Positions 1-10,213 of a stretch of DNA of 59,124 nucleotides are shown in pieces. The stretch is from a virus (Duplodnaviria; Caudoviricetes). The notes below the pieces were generated by a model. That model worked only from the letters and a program-made list of their open reading frames with translations, ran no database searches and was not told the origin of the DNA. Location: the IMG/VR virus record IMGVR_UViG_3300000228_000009, positions 1-59,124 of that record. One strand, given 5' to 3'. Within the stretch, counting starts at the first letter, position 1; every line of letters starts with the position of its first letter. A program made the position numbers and the translations under genes.

Positions 1-464
1 AATTTATGTTCAATATCTTCATAATGTTTAAATCCTAACTTATCTGCAAGATAGATTGCTTCTTCTCCAGTTGATGGCATAATAATACGAGCCGTTCCTG
101 AAATTTGACATTCAGAACCATCAGCAAAAGTTACTTTAATGGACTGATCAATCTCTTTTCCTTCAGCAGCATCTTTAGTAAAGAAAAAAGTTTCACTGTT
201 TGGAAATGTAAAAATATCACCAAAGTTTTGGAACCACGTTCCTGGTGACATTTTTGCTGTCAATTTACCTGTAAAAGCTGCTTGTTTAACCTGATAACTA
301 CCTGTAGGCACGGTTTCCATAATACTACTAGCTGATACTAGTAAAAAAAGAAAACACGCGCAAAATAAAATTAATGTCATAATTTTTTTCATTCCAAATT
401 CCTCTTTTATATTTTTAATAGTTGCATTAATATCAATATCGCCCCATCTATCTTTTACTATCAT
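1..464 (-). CDS. SPFH/band-7 (prohibitin-like) membrane protein, partial (runs off window start)
   Basis: Manual translation: (MIVKDRWG...)MKKIMTLILFCACFLFLLVSASSIMETVPTGSYQVKQAAFTGKL...PGTWFQNFG...DQSIKVTFADGSECQISG. N-terminal TM helix, then an SPFH-like pattern. Alternative start at 392 with a GAGG RBS. Not in the ORF track. Confidence 0.6.
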   Translation of the reverse strand, partial: MIVKDRWGDIDINATIKNIKEEFGMKKIMTLILFCACFLFLLVSASSIMETVPTGSYQVKQAAFTGKLTAKMSPGTWFQNFGDIFTFPNSETFFFTKDAAEGKEIDQSIKVTFADGSECQISGTARIIMPSTGEEAIYLADKLGFKHYEDIEHK

Positions 465-755
465 TTAGTCTCCTTTAATAATTTCAGCTAATTCGTTTTC
501 TTTTACAACTAATTCATGGGACACCTTACTACTTTCTTGTTTAATATCTTTTAGTCTAGTGGTAACAAGTAATTCTTCTTTAGTCTCTGCAAGGTGCACA
601 ATAGACTCTTTAAGAATCTCTTTTTTGGTGTCAAGATCACTTTTAGATAGTACTTTTGAAACTTTTTTATTAATTATAGTGGGCAGAATAAATCTAAAAA
701 ATGTCCACACTATTAAAAAAAGCAATACTGTCACGAACAGCAATTGAAATAACAT
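465..755 (-). CDS. small membrane-anchored coiled-coil protein
   Basis: N-terminal hydrophobic helix and charged C-terminus; directly upstream of the SPFH gene. Confidence 0.55.
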   Translation of the reverse strand: MLFQLLFVTVLLFLIVWTFFRFILPTIINKKVSKVLSKSDLDTKKEILKESIVHLAETKEELLVTTRLKDIKQESSKVSHELVVKENELAEIIKGD

Positions 756-918
756 AAGTTGTCCTTATTTTTAGATTTTAAAATTTAAATTACTCATAAA
801 CTTGTTAATTTTTATATTAGTTACAAATCCATTTTTCGCTCCTTTTAATTAAATAATAACAATTTAACTTATGTAGCAATAGTTATATAATTTACAATAA
901 GTTAGTATTAAAAAAATT

Positions 919-1158
919 TTAAATAATTAATGAAAAATCTATATTAGAAACAAGATTAAAAATATCTTCTTCTTTTTTAAATAAATCTTCTTTATAAATA
1001 TAGTTAGATCTTTTTAATGCCTTAAATAAAGTATATTTTAATTCTTCCATTGGTTTATCTAATTTTAGTTTATTATTAGATGTTACATTTATCATACATT
1101 TATGTATAAATTTATTATTTTTATAAGAAAATGTTACATTAGCTAATTTTAAAGCCAC
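919..1158 (-). CDS. hypothetical protein
   Basis: ORF in a tightly packed minus-strand run. Confidence 0.5.
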   Translation of the reverse strand: MALKLANVTFSYKNNKFIHKCMINVTSNNKLKLDKPMEELKYTLFKALKRSNYIYKEDLFKKEEDIFNLVSNIDFSLII

Positions 1159-1410
1159 CTATTCCTCCATTTGTATTGGTTTTATCAACATATATAATAT
1201 AACATACTTTGCATTTTCTAATAATATCCTATGTTTATTTATAAGTAATTTAGATACAGACATAGCGTATTTTCTTTTTATTGAGCTATCATAAATTTGA
1301 ATAAAACTTTTACAAGGTCTTTTAATTGTAAAAACTGAACTCTCAGATATTATTGTGTTTGTTTCTTCATTTATATTATTTTCTGCTGTTATTGTTAATA
1401 TAGCTTCCAT
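1159..1410 (-). CDS. hypothetical protein
   Basis: ORF abutting both neighbours. Confidence 0.5.
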   Translation of the reverse strand: MEAILTITAENNINEETNTIISESSVFTIKRPCKSFIQIYDSSIKRKYAMSVSKLLINKHRILLENAKYVILYMLIKPIQMEE

Positions 1411-1413
1411 GAT

Positions 1414-1869
1414 TTATTTATAATAAATTAATAAATTTTGTTTACCTAATGTTTCTTCAAATATAAATTTTACAATGTTCCAATCACCTCCCGCCAAGCC
1501 GCACCCAATCATTGGTGCACGTATTTCCCAACCGTTATATAATGAAGCAACCTTATGAAGACATTTTGCTATAGCAACGTAATCTACTGGAGCTTTAGAT
1601 TTACTTCCATAATAGAATTGTGTATAGCAGTTTATGATATGAAAATCGTTGTGTATAGTGGCAATTGATATAGTACCTAACTTGTTACGATCTCCATGAA
1701 CAGTATTTTTATCTACGGTGTATATAAGAGGATAATTTTGTTTAAGATACTTAGCAATACCTGCCCCCATGGTATGGAAGCAATTACAACCATGCAAAAT
1801 GACTGTTGGTTTAGTAAAATCAAGTTGTGAAAGTATGTCCGCTTTAGTTATTTTCATATAATCTTCCAT
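1414..1869 (-). CDS. macrodomain (ADP-ribose processing) protein, T4 Tk.4-like
   Basis: HGCNCFHTMGAGIA, NCYTQFYYG and PMIGCGLAGGDW motifs. Confidence 0.9.
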   Translation of the reverse strand: MEDYMKITKADILSQLDFTKPTVILHGCNCFHTMGAGIAKYLKQNYPLIYTVDKNTVHGDRNKLGTISIATIHNDFHIINCYTQFYYGSKSKAPVDYVAIAKCLHKVASLYNGWEIRAPMIGCGLAGGDWNIVKFIFEETLGKQNLLIYYK

Positions 1870-1878
1870 ATTTAAATA

Positions 1879-2100
1879 TTATTTATTTATCCAACAACAT
1901 ACATTTCTATTTACTGATTGCCTTGGTACTGGTACACCTAAAGTGTCTGTACATGCTTTACATTGTAAACTATGTTCTTCTGAAGTTAAGTCAGAATCAG
2001 GCACAAATAGACCTGACGTACCTGAACCTGCTGAAAAAAATTTACCACATGTATCACATCGAAGTCTGCTTAACTTTTCTTCCCACATAATTATTCTCAA
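1879..2100 (-). CDS. small zinc-finger-like protein
   Basis: CDTC...CKAC pairs. Confidence 0.5.
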   Translation of the reverse strand: MRIIMWEEKLSRLRCDTCGKFFSAGSGTSGLFVPDSDLTSEEHSLQCKACTDTLGVPVPRQSVNRNVCCWINK

Positions 2101-2480
2101 ATTGTATATTTTACATGTTTTATTCCTGCTAAGCGAATAGCCTCTTCACAAATTGGACAAGGTTTTGCATTCATAGGTTTTCCAGCAATAGAATATCTAC
2201 TTACAAAAATTTTATAAGCTTGTACTAAATTTTTACATTTAAGTATAGCTTGAATTTCTGCATGTATAAAAATTTTATCTGGAAAACCACATTTACAAGC
2301 TAGTTCTTTTTGATAAGGGTGAGTTTTTACATAACTATTTTTACCTATGCTTAATACTCTCCCACGTTTATCATAAATAATAGCTGTTATATTATGCTGA
2401 GTATGTGATGACATGTTTTTAAAAATTATAATGTATTCATTAAATTTTGTATTAAATTGGTTTAACGCCGCCGGAAGCAA
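2097..2480 (-). CDS. zinc-dependent cytidine/dCMP deaminase-family protein
   Basis: HAE and PCPIC catalytic motifs; true start may be the Met at 2414. Confidence 0.85.
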   Translation of the reverse strand: MLPAALNQFNTKFNEYIIIFKNMSSHTQHNITAIIYDKRGRVLSIGKNSYVKTHPYQKELACKCGFPDKIFIHAEIQAILKCKNLVQAYKIFVSRYSIAGKPMNAKPCPICEEAIRLAGIKHVKYTI

Positions 2481-2973
2481 TTACTCCCTTATTCATAGCT
2501 TGACGAAGTTCGTTACCAATTAAACCCTTGCAACTATATATATATTTAGCATTTTCTAAAGCTGCCGCCAAAAGAGCATTAATGTCATATATATCATCTT
2601 CATCATTAGCGTTTCGTAACGACCACTGATTTCCAATTTTATCTTCTTTTTTTAAAGTAAAATAGGCATCATCATATATATAGTTACCAATAAACATATT
2701 TATTTCATACACCCAATCACCTTTAGTATGATATTTATTTGATACGGCACTTTTAATATCATAATTGGTTAATTCCCAAAACATAGTGCATAGTGCGCTA
2801 CTGTGTAATATTTCTAATGTTTCTTCTGAATAAGTAATATCAGTATGTACCGTGCACAGTAATAATTTTTCTACAAAATTTTTAACATGTACATCGGTTT
2901 CCATATAGTTTATAAGCTCATCTTTTTGTTCTTGTAACCTAACTATGGTTCTGTTAAATAAGTTATTAATCAT
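2452..2973 (-). CDS. hypothetical protein
   Basis: 173-aa ORF overlapping neighbours. Confidence 0.55.
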   Translation of the reverse strand: MINNLFNRTIVRLQEQKDELINYMETDVHVKNFVEKLLLCTVHTDITYSEETLEILHSSALCTMFWELTNYDIKSAVSNKYHTKGDWVYEINMFIGNYIYDDAYFTLKKEDKIGNQWSLRNANDEDDIYDINALLAAALENAKYIYSCKGLIGNELRQAMNKGVIASGGVKPI

Positions 2974-3325
2974 TATTATATTTCCGTATAAGGTCTATAC
3001 ATTCATTAACTTCGCCGAGTTCATAAGTATGTTCTATAATCATATCTTTTAAATGTTTTGAGTTTGAAATATAACATTCTTTTAATTCTTTATACGCTTC
3101 TTCTTTTGACTTACTATACATATCTCGTGCTATATAGGCTTTATGTTTATCTGGGTATTTTACTTCATATACAGTTTCTGTTGCCCCTAATAATAAAATT
3201 TCTTTCAATATTTCTATTTTGTCTATAAAAATTTTTGGTTTATTATTTACATCTTTAATATACGCGTCATATAAATAAACGTTATTAAAGTATTTAATAC
3301 ATTTGTCATCCATTTTAAACCTCAT
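2966..3325 (-). CDS. hypothetical protein
   Basis: ORF in packed run. Confidence 0.55.
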   Translation of the reverse strand: MRFKMDDKCIKYFNNVYLYDAYIKDVNNKPKIFIDKIEILKEILLLGATETVYEVKYPDKHKAYIARDMYSKSKEEAYKELKECYISNSKHLKDMIIEHTYELGEVNECIDLIRKYNND

Positions 3326-3373
3326 TATTAGTGTGTCTTGTAATTAATACTAATAAATTAATATTGTTGTCTA

Positions 3374-3730
3374 TTATAATAATGTTTCGCCCCTAAGAAA
3401 AGCGGAAGTTGCTGTGTATTTTTTACTACATTTAAGTGATATATTTTGCCAATTAGAACAATTAGAAAAATCTACACGTAGAGAGTAACCCACTCTTTGA
3501 TTATAATTAGATGTTAGCCAAATATCTCCTAATCTTGAGCATCCAGTACATCTATACCTTTTGTTTTGATAAGTACAAAAGATAGGATTGTTCTGTAACC
3601 ATATATTATCACCATCTTTGAATTTATTATATTCTGGTTTTCTACATCTTATAAAAAATTCTTTTATTATTGGTAAGCTATCAGATACACCTGAATCAAG
3701 CCAGTCATCTATGTGCATAATAATCACCAA
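3374..3730 (-). CDS. conserved-looking phage hypothetical protein
   Basis: FCTYQNKRYRCTGCSRLGDIWLT segment. Confidence 0.55.
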   Translation of the reverse strand: MVIIMHIDDWLDSGVSDSLPIIKEFFIRCRKPEYNKFKDGDNIWLQNNPIFCTYQNKRYRCTGCSRLGDIWLTSNYNQRVGYSLRVDFSNCSNWQNISLKCSKKYTATSAFLRGETLL

Positions 3731-3747
3731 ATATATAAATTAATATT

Positions 3748-4191
3748 TTAGTAAAGACTAAAAGTTCTAACTATTTTAGCCTGCTTTTTGTGCAACATAG
3801 TACGAAAATCTGAAAAATAAAATCGTTCTACAAATCCTTCGTATTCTACAGGAGTAAATTCAATTTTATATGGATGATACCAATGTTTTGGATGTCTTTG
3901 TTCTAATTCATTTAATGGATTATAAAGATGATTATCATTATTTACCATTTTACATATAATATCAGTTTTTTCCTCAACACATGAAAATAAATTCATAAAA
4001 GGTATTTTTACGATTTTATCATGTGGAGTAGTTGGAATAATAACACGTACATTGTCAACACCTATTTGTCTTAAACAAGCTAAGATGGCTTCCTCACTTT
4101 TGTATTTTAAATTTGCTAATTCTTCTAAAGACATTTTATAAGGTAATTCTTTTTCATAATATGAATCATAACGAGTTTCCATAATAGTCAC
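3748..4191 (-). CDS. hypothetical protein
   Basis: ORF in packed run. Confidence 0.55.
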   Translation of the reverse strand: MTIMETRYDSYYEKELPYKMSLEELANLKYKSEEAILACLRQIGVDNVRVIIPTTPHDKIVKIPFMNLFSCVEEKTDIICKMVNNDNHLYNPLNELEQRHPKHWYHPYKIEFTPVEYEGFVERFYFSDFRTMLHKKQAKIVRTFSLY

Positions 4192-4202
4192 CTTTAAAAA
4201 TT

Positions 4203-4391
4203 TTATGGTTCAAAAGTATGTAATTTATAATTGTCTTCTACTAATATATAATAATTAGACCCATAGCTTGAAGTATGATTATTAATTAGAAAATCAAGAA
4301 TAAGTTTGCCGTAAAACTGGTTTAAATTTTCAGCCACTAAAACATCACTTACTGTTTCTCTATCAAAATTATCAATACATATAATTTTCAT
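4203..4391 (-). CDS. hypothetical protein
   Basis: short ORF MKIICIDNFDRE...YKLHTFEP. Confidence 0.55.
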   Translation of the reverse strand: MKIICIDNFDRETVSDVLVAENLNQFYGKLILDFLINNHTSSYGSNYYILVEDNYKLHTFEP

Positions 4392-4400
4392 AATAATTTC

Positions 4401-4616
4401 CTATTTTAATTTTTGTGGCAATTCATTTAAATAATGTAGTTGTTTAAGATACATTGAAATAGACTCAATTGATTTATCTTGCTCTGTTTCATAGAAAAGT
4501 TCAGGCCAAGAATATTTTACATATCTCCCAACAAAATATTGGCCCAGTCTTAAATGAGGTTTGCCTTCTTTTTCATACTCATTTAGAAGAATTGTTATAC
4601 TTGGTAATACACCCAT
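4401..4616 (-). CDS. hypothetical protein
   Basis: LRLGQYF motif; GAGG RBS; downstream of an AGTGGTAC element. Confidence 0.55.
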   Translation of the reverse strand: MGVLPSITILLNEYEKEGKPHLRLGQYFVGRYVKYSWPELFYETEQDKSIESISMYLKQLHYLNELPQKLK

Positions 4617-4676
4617 TCAAATACCTCAAAAGGTTATTATTTACTTTACCCAAAAAACAGTACCACTATCTACAAA

Positions 4677-5063
4677 TTATTGGAAGGCGTAAAACTCCTC
4701 AACTTTGTATGAATTTGTGTTATTAGTATTAAACCAAACACCTGTATGAATAGCCTCATTAATTTTATTTAGAAATTCTTTTTCATTAGTAGAATGTGTA
4801 ATATTATTTATACAATAAATTATTGAGTCCACATCTTCATATTGTTTATCATGTTCATTATACCAACAACCCATTAAAATTATACCTTTTTTATTAGAGG
4901 TGGCAATATAAACCTTCATGCAAAGAATATTAGAAAGATATTGTAATTCAATACCATGTAAAGATGGTAAGTCTTCTATGGTATAAATCTTTTTTTGTTT
5001 AAAAAACAATTTAATAAAATAATGTTTTAATAAAAAGAAAATTGAAAGAAAAAAGTATCTCAT
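4677..5063 (-). CDS. hypothetical protein
   Basis: ORF track. Confidence 0.45.
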   Translation of the reverse strand: MRYFFLSIFFLLKHYFIKLFFKQKKIYTIEDLPSLHGIELQYLSNILCMKVYIATSNKKGIILMGCWYNEHDKQYEDVDSIIYCINNITHSTNEKEFLNKINEAIHTGVWFNTNNTNSYKVEEFYAFQ

Positions 5064-5134
5064 AATTTTTATTTTGTTTATATTAATATTTTAAATTAAA
5101 TGCATTAGTAAGTAAAATTTTTAAACTTTTAATT

Positions 5135-5725
5135 TTATAAACTAGAAGCATGATAAGTGTTTGTTAGCATATCTATAGCTTTGGTTCTAGTTAGAATCAT
5201 TTCTCCGTAAAATGATTCATATATTAATGGATATCGTGCATATCCATTCGTTCCGTATTTATCTTTAAGATATTTGATAGAATCTTGTATACGGTTTTTA
5301 CCAGTTCTACATTTAAGACAACGCTCCATTAAGATTTTTACACTGTTTTCATCAGGAACATCTCGGTCAGCAGAGCTTATAAGCTCCGACAAGATGCTAC
5401 TATATTTACCAGTATAACTAGCTCTATGTTCTCTTATTGCTGATGTGACTCGATATTGAGATTCCAATGACATATCAGTTTTACCTGGATATGCTTCATT
5501 GATTGCAAACAGCGCACCAGCTTCGTGATGATTGTCTCTACCAAGATACAATTGCACATCATGCATTAGTGCTGCTGCTATTATTTCATCTTCTGGTATA
5601 TTAAGATTGAAATAGTTATTAAACATAATAGCTCTTTCAAAAACAGATTTAGCATGATTTAATTGGTGAGCCAAATCATTTTTATTGTAATAAGGTTCAA
5701 CAAATGATATCATTAAATTTAACAT
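5135..5725 (-). CDS. HD-domain phosphohydrolase
   Basis: H...H (AHQLNH), AALMHD, HHEAGA, IREHR and SSADR motifs; AGGAG RBS. Confidence 0.85.
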   Translation of the reverse strand: MLNLMISFVEPYYNKNDLAHQLNHAKSVFERAIMFNNYFNLNIPEDEIIAAALMHDVQLYLGRDNHHEAGALFAINEAYPGKTDMSLESQYRVTSAIREHRASYTGKYSSILSELISSADRDVPDENSVKILMERCLKCRTGKNRIQDSIKYLKDKYGTNGYARYPLIYESFYGEMILTRTKAIDMLTNTYHASSL

Positions 5726-5751
5726 TTTATTATCTCCTTAAATAATATACA

Positions 5752-6135
5752 TTAGCAAATAAAATTTTTAAATTTTTTAATCTCACCAATAACTTCTTTA
5801 CTGATCACAACATTACCTAATAAAAGTGGAATAATAGAAATTTGGCTTTTATTTCTAAGTCTAGTTGTACTAATTCCTGTAGCATCTTGAATCATTTTTG
5901 TTGGAATAAGCATACCATCATCCATTTTTCTAACATTATTTTCATCTAATTCCTTACCGTTAAATATTAACAATGCTGAGTCCACAGTTTTAAAAACTTC
6001 TGCGGCAGTAGGAGTTAAAGCCCAATAAGGACATTTGTTTCTTTTAATATCGGTTGCATAATATAATGTAGCACCATGTTCAACATTAATATTTTGTGAA
6101 GTTATAATATACCCGATTACAGTAATTTTATGCAT
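5752..6135 (-). CDS. hypothetical protein
   Basis: ORF with AAGG RBS. Confidence 0.5.
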   Translation of the reverse strand: MHKITVIGYIITSQNINVEHGATLYYATDIKRNKCPYWALTPTAAEVFKTVDSALLIFNGKELDENNVRKMDDGMLIPTKMIQDATGISTTRLRNKSQISIIPLLLGNVVISKEVIGEIKKFKNFIC

Positions 6136-6178
6136 TGTTATTTACCTTATAATAATATAGAATAGTTGTCAATGACTA

Positions 6179-6505
6179 TTATTTTAAAAAGTCTAATAAC
6201 CAAGGAGCATTATACACGATACATGAATTTTTAGGATCAATGTTTTCGCCATCTGAATCATACACAGTTATTTCATAGATATTCGCATCTTCCGATACAC
6301 ATATTGAAAATTGAGCGTTATCTAAAGAAAAATTAGTCCAGTACTCCGATCCCCTTTTTAGAGTATTTATGAGATTATAAGTTTCTAGCTTGAGGACAGT
6401 TTTTACTCCCTGTATAATTTTACTAATATACATAATATTTCTCTTATAAATGAAAAATGTTACCAGGCAAGTGAAGTGCATCATTACGATACCATCGTTT
6501 ATCAT
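6179..6505 (-). CDS. hypothetical protein
   Basis: ORF; the likely start is the internal MYISK. Confidence 0.45.
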   Translation of the reverse strand: MINDGIVMMHFTCLVTFFIYKRNIMYISKIIQGVKTVLKLETYNLINTLKRGSEYWTNFSLDNAQFSICVSEDANIYEITVYDSDGENIDPKNSCIVYNAPWLLDFLK

Positions 6506-6707
6506 CGTTTATATACTCAATTGCAGGGCTGTTTTCTTTATAATGCCTGCACCATAATTTATCACCATATACTCTGTAAAGTTCACTACTGCTGTACCAC
6601 TTCTTAGTTCCGTTTACATGTTCACATGCAAATTCATTTACTCTATGCACTTTATCGTTTAAGTACCAAAATTTATTATTATTGATAACTACTTTATATT
6701 CACTCAT
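6444..6707 (-). CDS. degenerate WYxNGKLHRxDGPAIE-type repeat protein
   Basis: WYLNDKVHRVNEFACEHVNGTKKWY and PAIEYINDDKRWYRNDALH repeats; AGGAG RBS. Confidence 0.6.
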   Translation of the reverse strand: MSEYKVVINNNKFWYLNDKVHRVNEFACEHVNGTKKWYSSSELYRVYGDKLWCRHYKENSPAIEYINDDKRWYRNDALHLPGNIFHL

Positions 6708-6767
6708 AATATTTACTCCTTAAATGAAAATTTTAATATGAATAGATATCAGTACATACAACAATTG

Positions 6768-6992
6768 TCAATGGGAAAAATTAAATTCTTCTTTATTAAT
6801 AACAGTAACATCAAACGTGATTATATTGAATGTTTCCAAGAATATTTCAATAGTCTTATCTTCCGGCGGAGTATCTTTACTTCGTAACCCTAACCATGCG
6901 TGATATATTTCACGTACTCTATTATCAAATTGTTTCCTACCAGTACAAATATTTGATATATTTTTATATTTTTTATTTTGTAATGCAAACAT
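6768..6992 (-). CDS. hypothetical protein
   Basis: GAGG RBS. Confidence 0.5.
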   Translation of the reverse strand: MFALQNKKYKNISNICTGRKQFDNRVREIYHAWLGLRSKDTPPEDKTIEIFLETFNIITFDVTVINKEEFNFSH

Positions 6993-7014
6993 AATGTTTA
7001 CCCTCTTGAATTAT

Positions 7015-7212
7015 TTACTCATTTAGAATTTCAATATCAATAGTTACTTCAGTATCAGGATTTTTACAATATTCAACAATTTTATACCCCAATTGTTGAG
7101 CATATAATTCTGCACCTTTATGAGATTTGAAGTAATATAAACAATGAGTATCTATCCCACTAAATGCATATGAAGAATTTTCATAAATTGTTAAGACATA
7201 TATACTATCCAT
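7015..7212 (-). CDS. hypothetical protein
   Basis: AGGGA RBS. Confidence 0.5.
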   Translation of the reverse strand: MDSIYVLTIYENSSYAFSGIDTHCLYYFKSHKGAELYAQQLGYKIVEYCKNPDTEVTIDIEILNE

Positions 7213-7385
7213 AATGTTTATCCCTTAGAAATTTAACTTAACTACTATTACACCATAATTATTATAATGTAACAGTATGTAATTATTTAACTTTTTATTA
7301 AATATTACTACTTTTATAACTTATTGATACCATTGACAATAATAAATGATAATTATACACTATTTATTTAGTATTTATTATTATT

Positions 7386-8000
7386 TTAATAAGATGTTCT
7401 GGTCCTCTTTTCGAAAGATATAATCTCCTGCATAATTTCCTTAGAATAACCAAAAATATTTAAAATAATACCAAATTCTTTTAAAAATTTAGATATATTT
7501 TCTTGTTTAATAGCTAACCCAAAAGTAATTGAAAGCCAGAAATTATTGTAATAATATTCATCGAAAGAAGTATATAAATTTGTTCTATATTTACCTATTT
7601 GAGTGTATACAGTAAAGATTTTTGTCTTTATAAGTACTTTAAATTGAGCATAACCTAAACCAATGTAATAAGGAGATTGCCTATTATACGGTTCAATATA
7701 TGGATAATCTACTGGTTCGACCAAAATAGATCTAGAAACATAAGCTTTAAAGTGATTTCTACATTCATCTTCTTGTGCTTTAGGAGATAAAGATTCCATA
7801 GTATAAAAATGTATATTACCACCTTTTCCAGTTATATCACCAGCAATAATAATATCTCCTTTTTCAGGATCTTTTCTATAATTATCGCACAATTTATTTA
7901 TTAGAAGTGCTTTAGAAGTAAAAAGCTCTTTCTCAATCTCCTGAACAGATTCGCCATGATCATGAAAAATTTGAATAAGTGAAGGTGTTTCAGTTTGCAT
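7386..8000 (-). CDS. hypothetical protein
   Basis: 204 aa; AGGAG RBS. Confidence 0.6.
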   Translation of the reverse strand: MQTETPSLIQIFHDHGESVQEIEKELFTSKALLINKLCDNYRKDPEKGDIIIAGDITGKGGNIHFYTMESLSPKAQEDECRNHFKAYVSRSILVEPVDYPYIEPYNRQSPYYIGLGYAQFKVLIKTKIFTVYTQIGKYRTNLYTSFDEYYYNNFWLSITFGLAIKQENISKFLKEFGIILNIFGYSKEIMQEIISFEKRTRTSY

Positions 8001-8009
8001 AATAATCTC

Positions 8010-8192
8010 CTAATTAATAAAATATTTTTTCGGAAGAGGAAAAGCTTTATTAAGACCTATACATAGTTCACAAACTTCATCAAATTCTTTTTTAGAAGGG
8101 ACACTTTCACCTTCTTCTAAATTAAACAATACTACAAAATTATATACTTTATTAGCTTCTTCTATTCTTATTTCTCCCCACTCTTGTTTCAT
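8010..8192 (-). CDS. hypothetical protein
   Basis: AGGAG RBS. Confidence 0.5.
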   Translation of the reverse strand: MKQEWGEIRIEEANKVYNFVVLFNLEEGESVPSKKEFDEVCELCIGLNKAFPLPKKYFIN

Positions 8193-8207
8193 AATAGCTC
8201 CTTATAT

Positions 8208-8447
8208 TTAATATTCAAGAGCAATTAAAAGAGCTATAGTACAGTTACCTTGTTCATCAGCAGCTTGTCTAACTACATGCTCGTCAAAATAGACTTCACT
8301 AACTTTTGTACTATCATCATTATCTATTATAACATAACCATTAGCAACAGGCTTTTCTGTTCTGACGCAGTCACAGTGACATTTTAATCCTTGGCCTTTT
8401 AATATACATACACTCATATTTAATCTCCTACATAAGACATTGAGCAT
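8208..8447 (-). CDS. hypothetical protein
   Basis: likely start at the internal MSVCIL with an AGGAG RBS. Confidence 0.5.
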   Translation of the reverse strand: MLNVLCRRLNMSVCILKGQGLKCHCDCVRTEKPVANGYVIIDNDDSTKVSEVYFDEHVVRQAADEQGNCTIALLIALEY

Positions 8448-9183
8448 TTGATTTTATTGTCACATTACCTTCTCTTACTTGACATTTATCCTCTGTAGAT
8501 ATAAGAGAGGCATATTTTAAAACCCGCCATTGTAAATTTCCCATGGAAAGATTAGAAAATATTTTTCTTACTTCTATACCATTAACATGTGTTAGTATAG
8601 TCTTTACTTCTCTGGCTATACCAGTATTATCCCGCATAACTGCTGTTTTATGCCAATGATATACATCATATTTACCATCAGCATACTCATAAAGCATGAT
8701 TAGTTTTCTAAGTATTAAAGGAGTTTTAAAACTTTTTGCTGGCTCCCAGGAGATAACATTATCAATTATAGACACTTCAGGTACAAATAATGGTCTAAAA
8801 TTAGGATCTTTAAGTACACCACAATATCTCTCAGCTAGTGTTAAATTATTCTCTGTTTTATCATGTATATGCTCAGGAAAGATATAACAAGAACTTAACT
8901 TTACACTCATATTAACGCCATCGTTTGTAAATTTATGGTTGTATTTCATATGTGTTCGGCGCTGAGGAATTTCAGCAAAAAGTAGCTTAAAACCATACTG
9001 AGTCAAACTTTTCTCTGACCAACCATCAAAACTACAATATCCTTTATGAAGCTGTATAAGCTCTAAAACATTATTATCACAACTTTTAGCAAATCTTTTT
9101 AAACTATCAATAGAACAATCAACACAAGTAGAAGCAATAAAATTCCTATTGTTTGCAATAATGCTTTTTTCTAGTTCGGACAT
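8428..9183 (-). CDS. hypothetical protein
   Basis: 251 aa; AGGAG RBS. Confidence 0.6.
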   Translation of the reverse strand: MSELEKSIIANNRNFIASTCVDCSIDSLKRFAKSCDNNVLELIQLHKGYCSFDGWSEKSLTQYGFKLLFAEIPQRRTHMKYNHKFTNDGVNMSVKLSSCYIFPEHIHDKTENNLTLAERYCGVLKDPNFRPLFVPEVSIIDNVISWEPAKSFKTPLILRKLIMLYEYADGKYDVYHWHKTAVMRDNTGIAREVKTILTHVNGIEVRKIFSNLSMGNLQWRVLKYASLISTEDKCQVREGNVTIKSNAQCLM

Positions 9184-9263
9184 TGTAATTCTCCTTAAAA
9201 ATCAAATATTTATTTTCGGGCAATAAAACTTCTATTACATTATAAAACATAATACTTTTAAAA

Positions 9264-9668
9264 CTAAAAATGTTTCATCATAGATGGAATATCCTCATTA
9301 TAATATAAATCACTAATAATAGTATCAAATAATATATCATTCATATCAGCACCTACTTTATCAATTATTTTATTTGCTATAATTTCAAGGTCTTCTTTAG
9401 TATAACCAGAATGATTTGTACGTAAGCACTTTATTTTTTTAACTACTAAATACTCTCCGCATGTTGAACATGCCGGATAATAATTAACAAAATCTAAAAA
9501 TTTAAATTTGGTTTTAGCTATATTAGCTTGACATTTTTTACACACATTATCAACAATAATATAAGTATCTTCAACTTTATAACTCTTTGGTTCCATCATA
9601 ATTCTCCTTAAATATTTATATAATAAACATCCCCAACACCACTTACTAAGTACTACTTTTATTATCAC
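9264..9668 (-). CDS. zinc-ribbon protein
   Basis: CKKC...CSTC; likely start MMEPK with an AGGAG RBS. Confidence 0.5.
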   Translation of the reverse strand: MIIKVVLSKWCWGCLLYKYLRRIMMEPKSYKVEDTYIIVDNVCKKCQANIAKTKFKFLDFVNYYPACSTCGEYLVVKKIKCLRTNHSGYTKEDLEIIANKIIDKVGADMNDILFDTIISDLYYNEDIPSMMKHF

Positions 9669-9904
9669 ACAATTTTAATAACTACTACTATACTATTTAT
9701 AATACGTTTAAACTACATAAATTTTTATTTTCGGGCAATAAAAAGTAACATAAAGGAACTAAATAACACTATACAAAACCATAAAACTACTTTTACCACT
9801 ACACAATTATTACATAAATTATTTATACACCACTACCACAGTATTAATATAAAACAATATCACTACTGACACTACACTACTGCTGCTACGTTACTACCAC
9901 AACA

Positions 9905-10019
9905 CTACTGCTACCACAACATTACTACTACTGCTACCACAACATTACTACTACTGCTACCACAACATTACTACTACTGCTACCACAACATTACTACTAC
10001 TGCTACCACAACATTACTA
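9905..10019. repeat. tandem repeat, 5 x 23 bp (CTACTGCTACCACAACATTACTA)
   Basis: five exact head-to-tail copies at 9905, 9928, 9951, 9974, 9997; no spacers. Confidence 0.95.
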
Positions 10020-10141
10020 CTTTTATACTATTATTCTATATGTTAAAACAATTAGAGTGTCCTTTTTTGACACACTTTGTCAACATAAAAACTTTTTAAG
10101 TATTTATTAAAAATTAATAATTTTAATAGTAGTAATAAATA

Positions 10142-10213
10142 CAGTACCATACATCATAGTACAATACCTTATAGTACAACAGTACAGCAGTACCATACAT
10201 CATAGTACAATAC
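10142..10213. repeat. 26-bp direct repeat CAGTACCATACATCATAGTACAATAC
   Basis: copies at 10142 and 10188. Confidence 0.85.

Noticed and set aside
9905-10019. CRISPR array
   Set aside because: repeats are head-to-tail with no unique spacers, and there are no cas genes in the window
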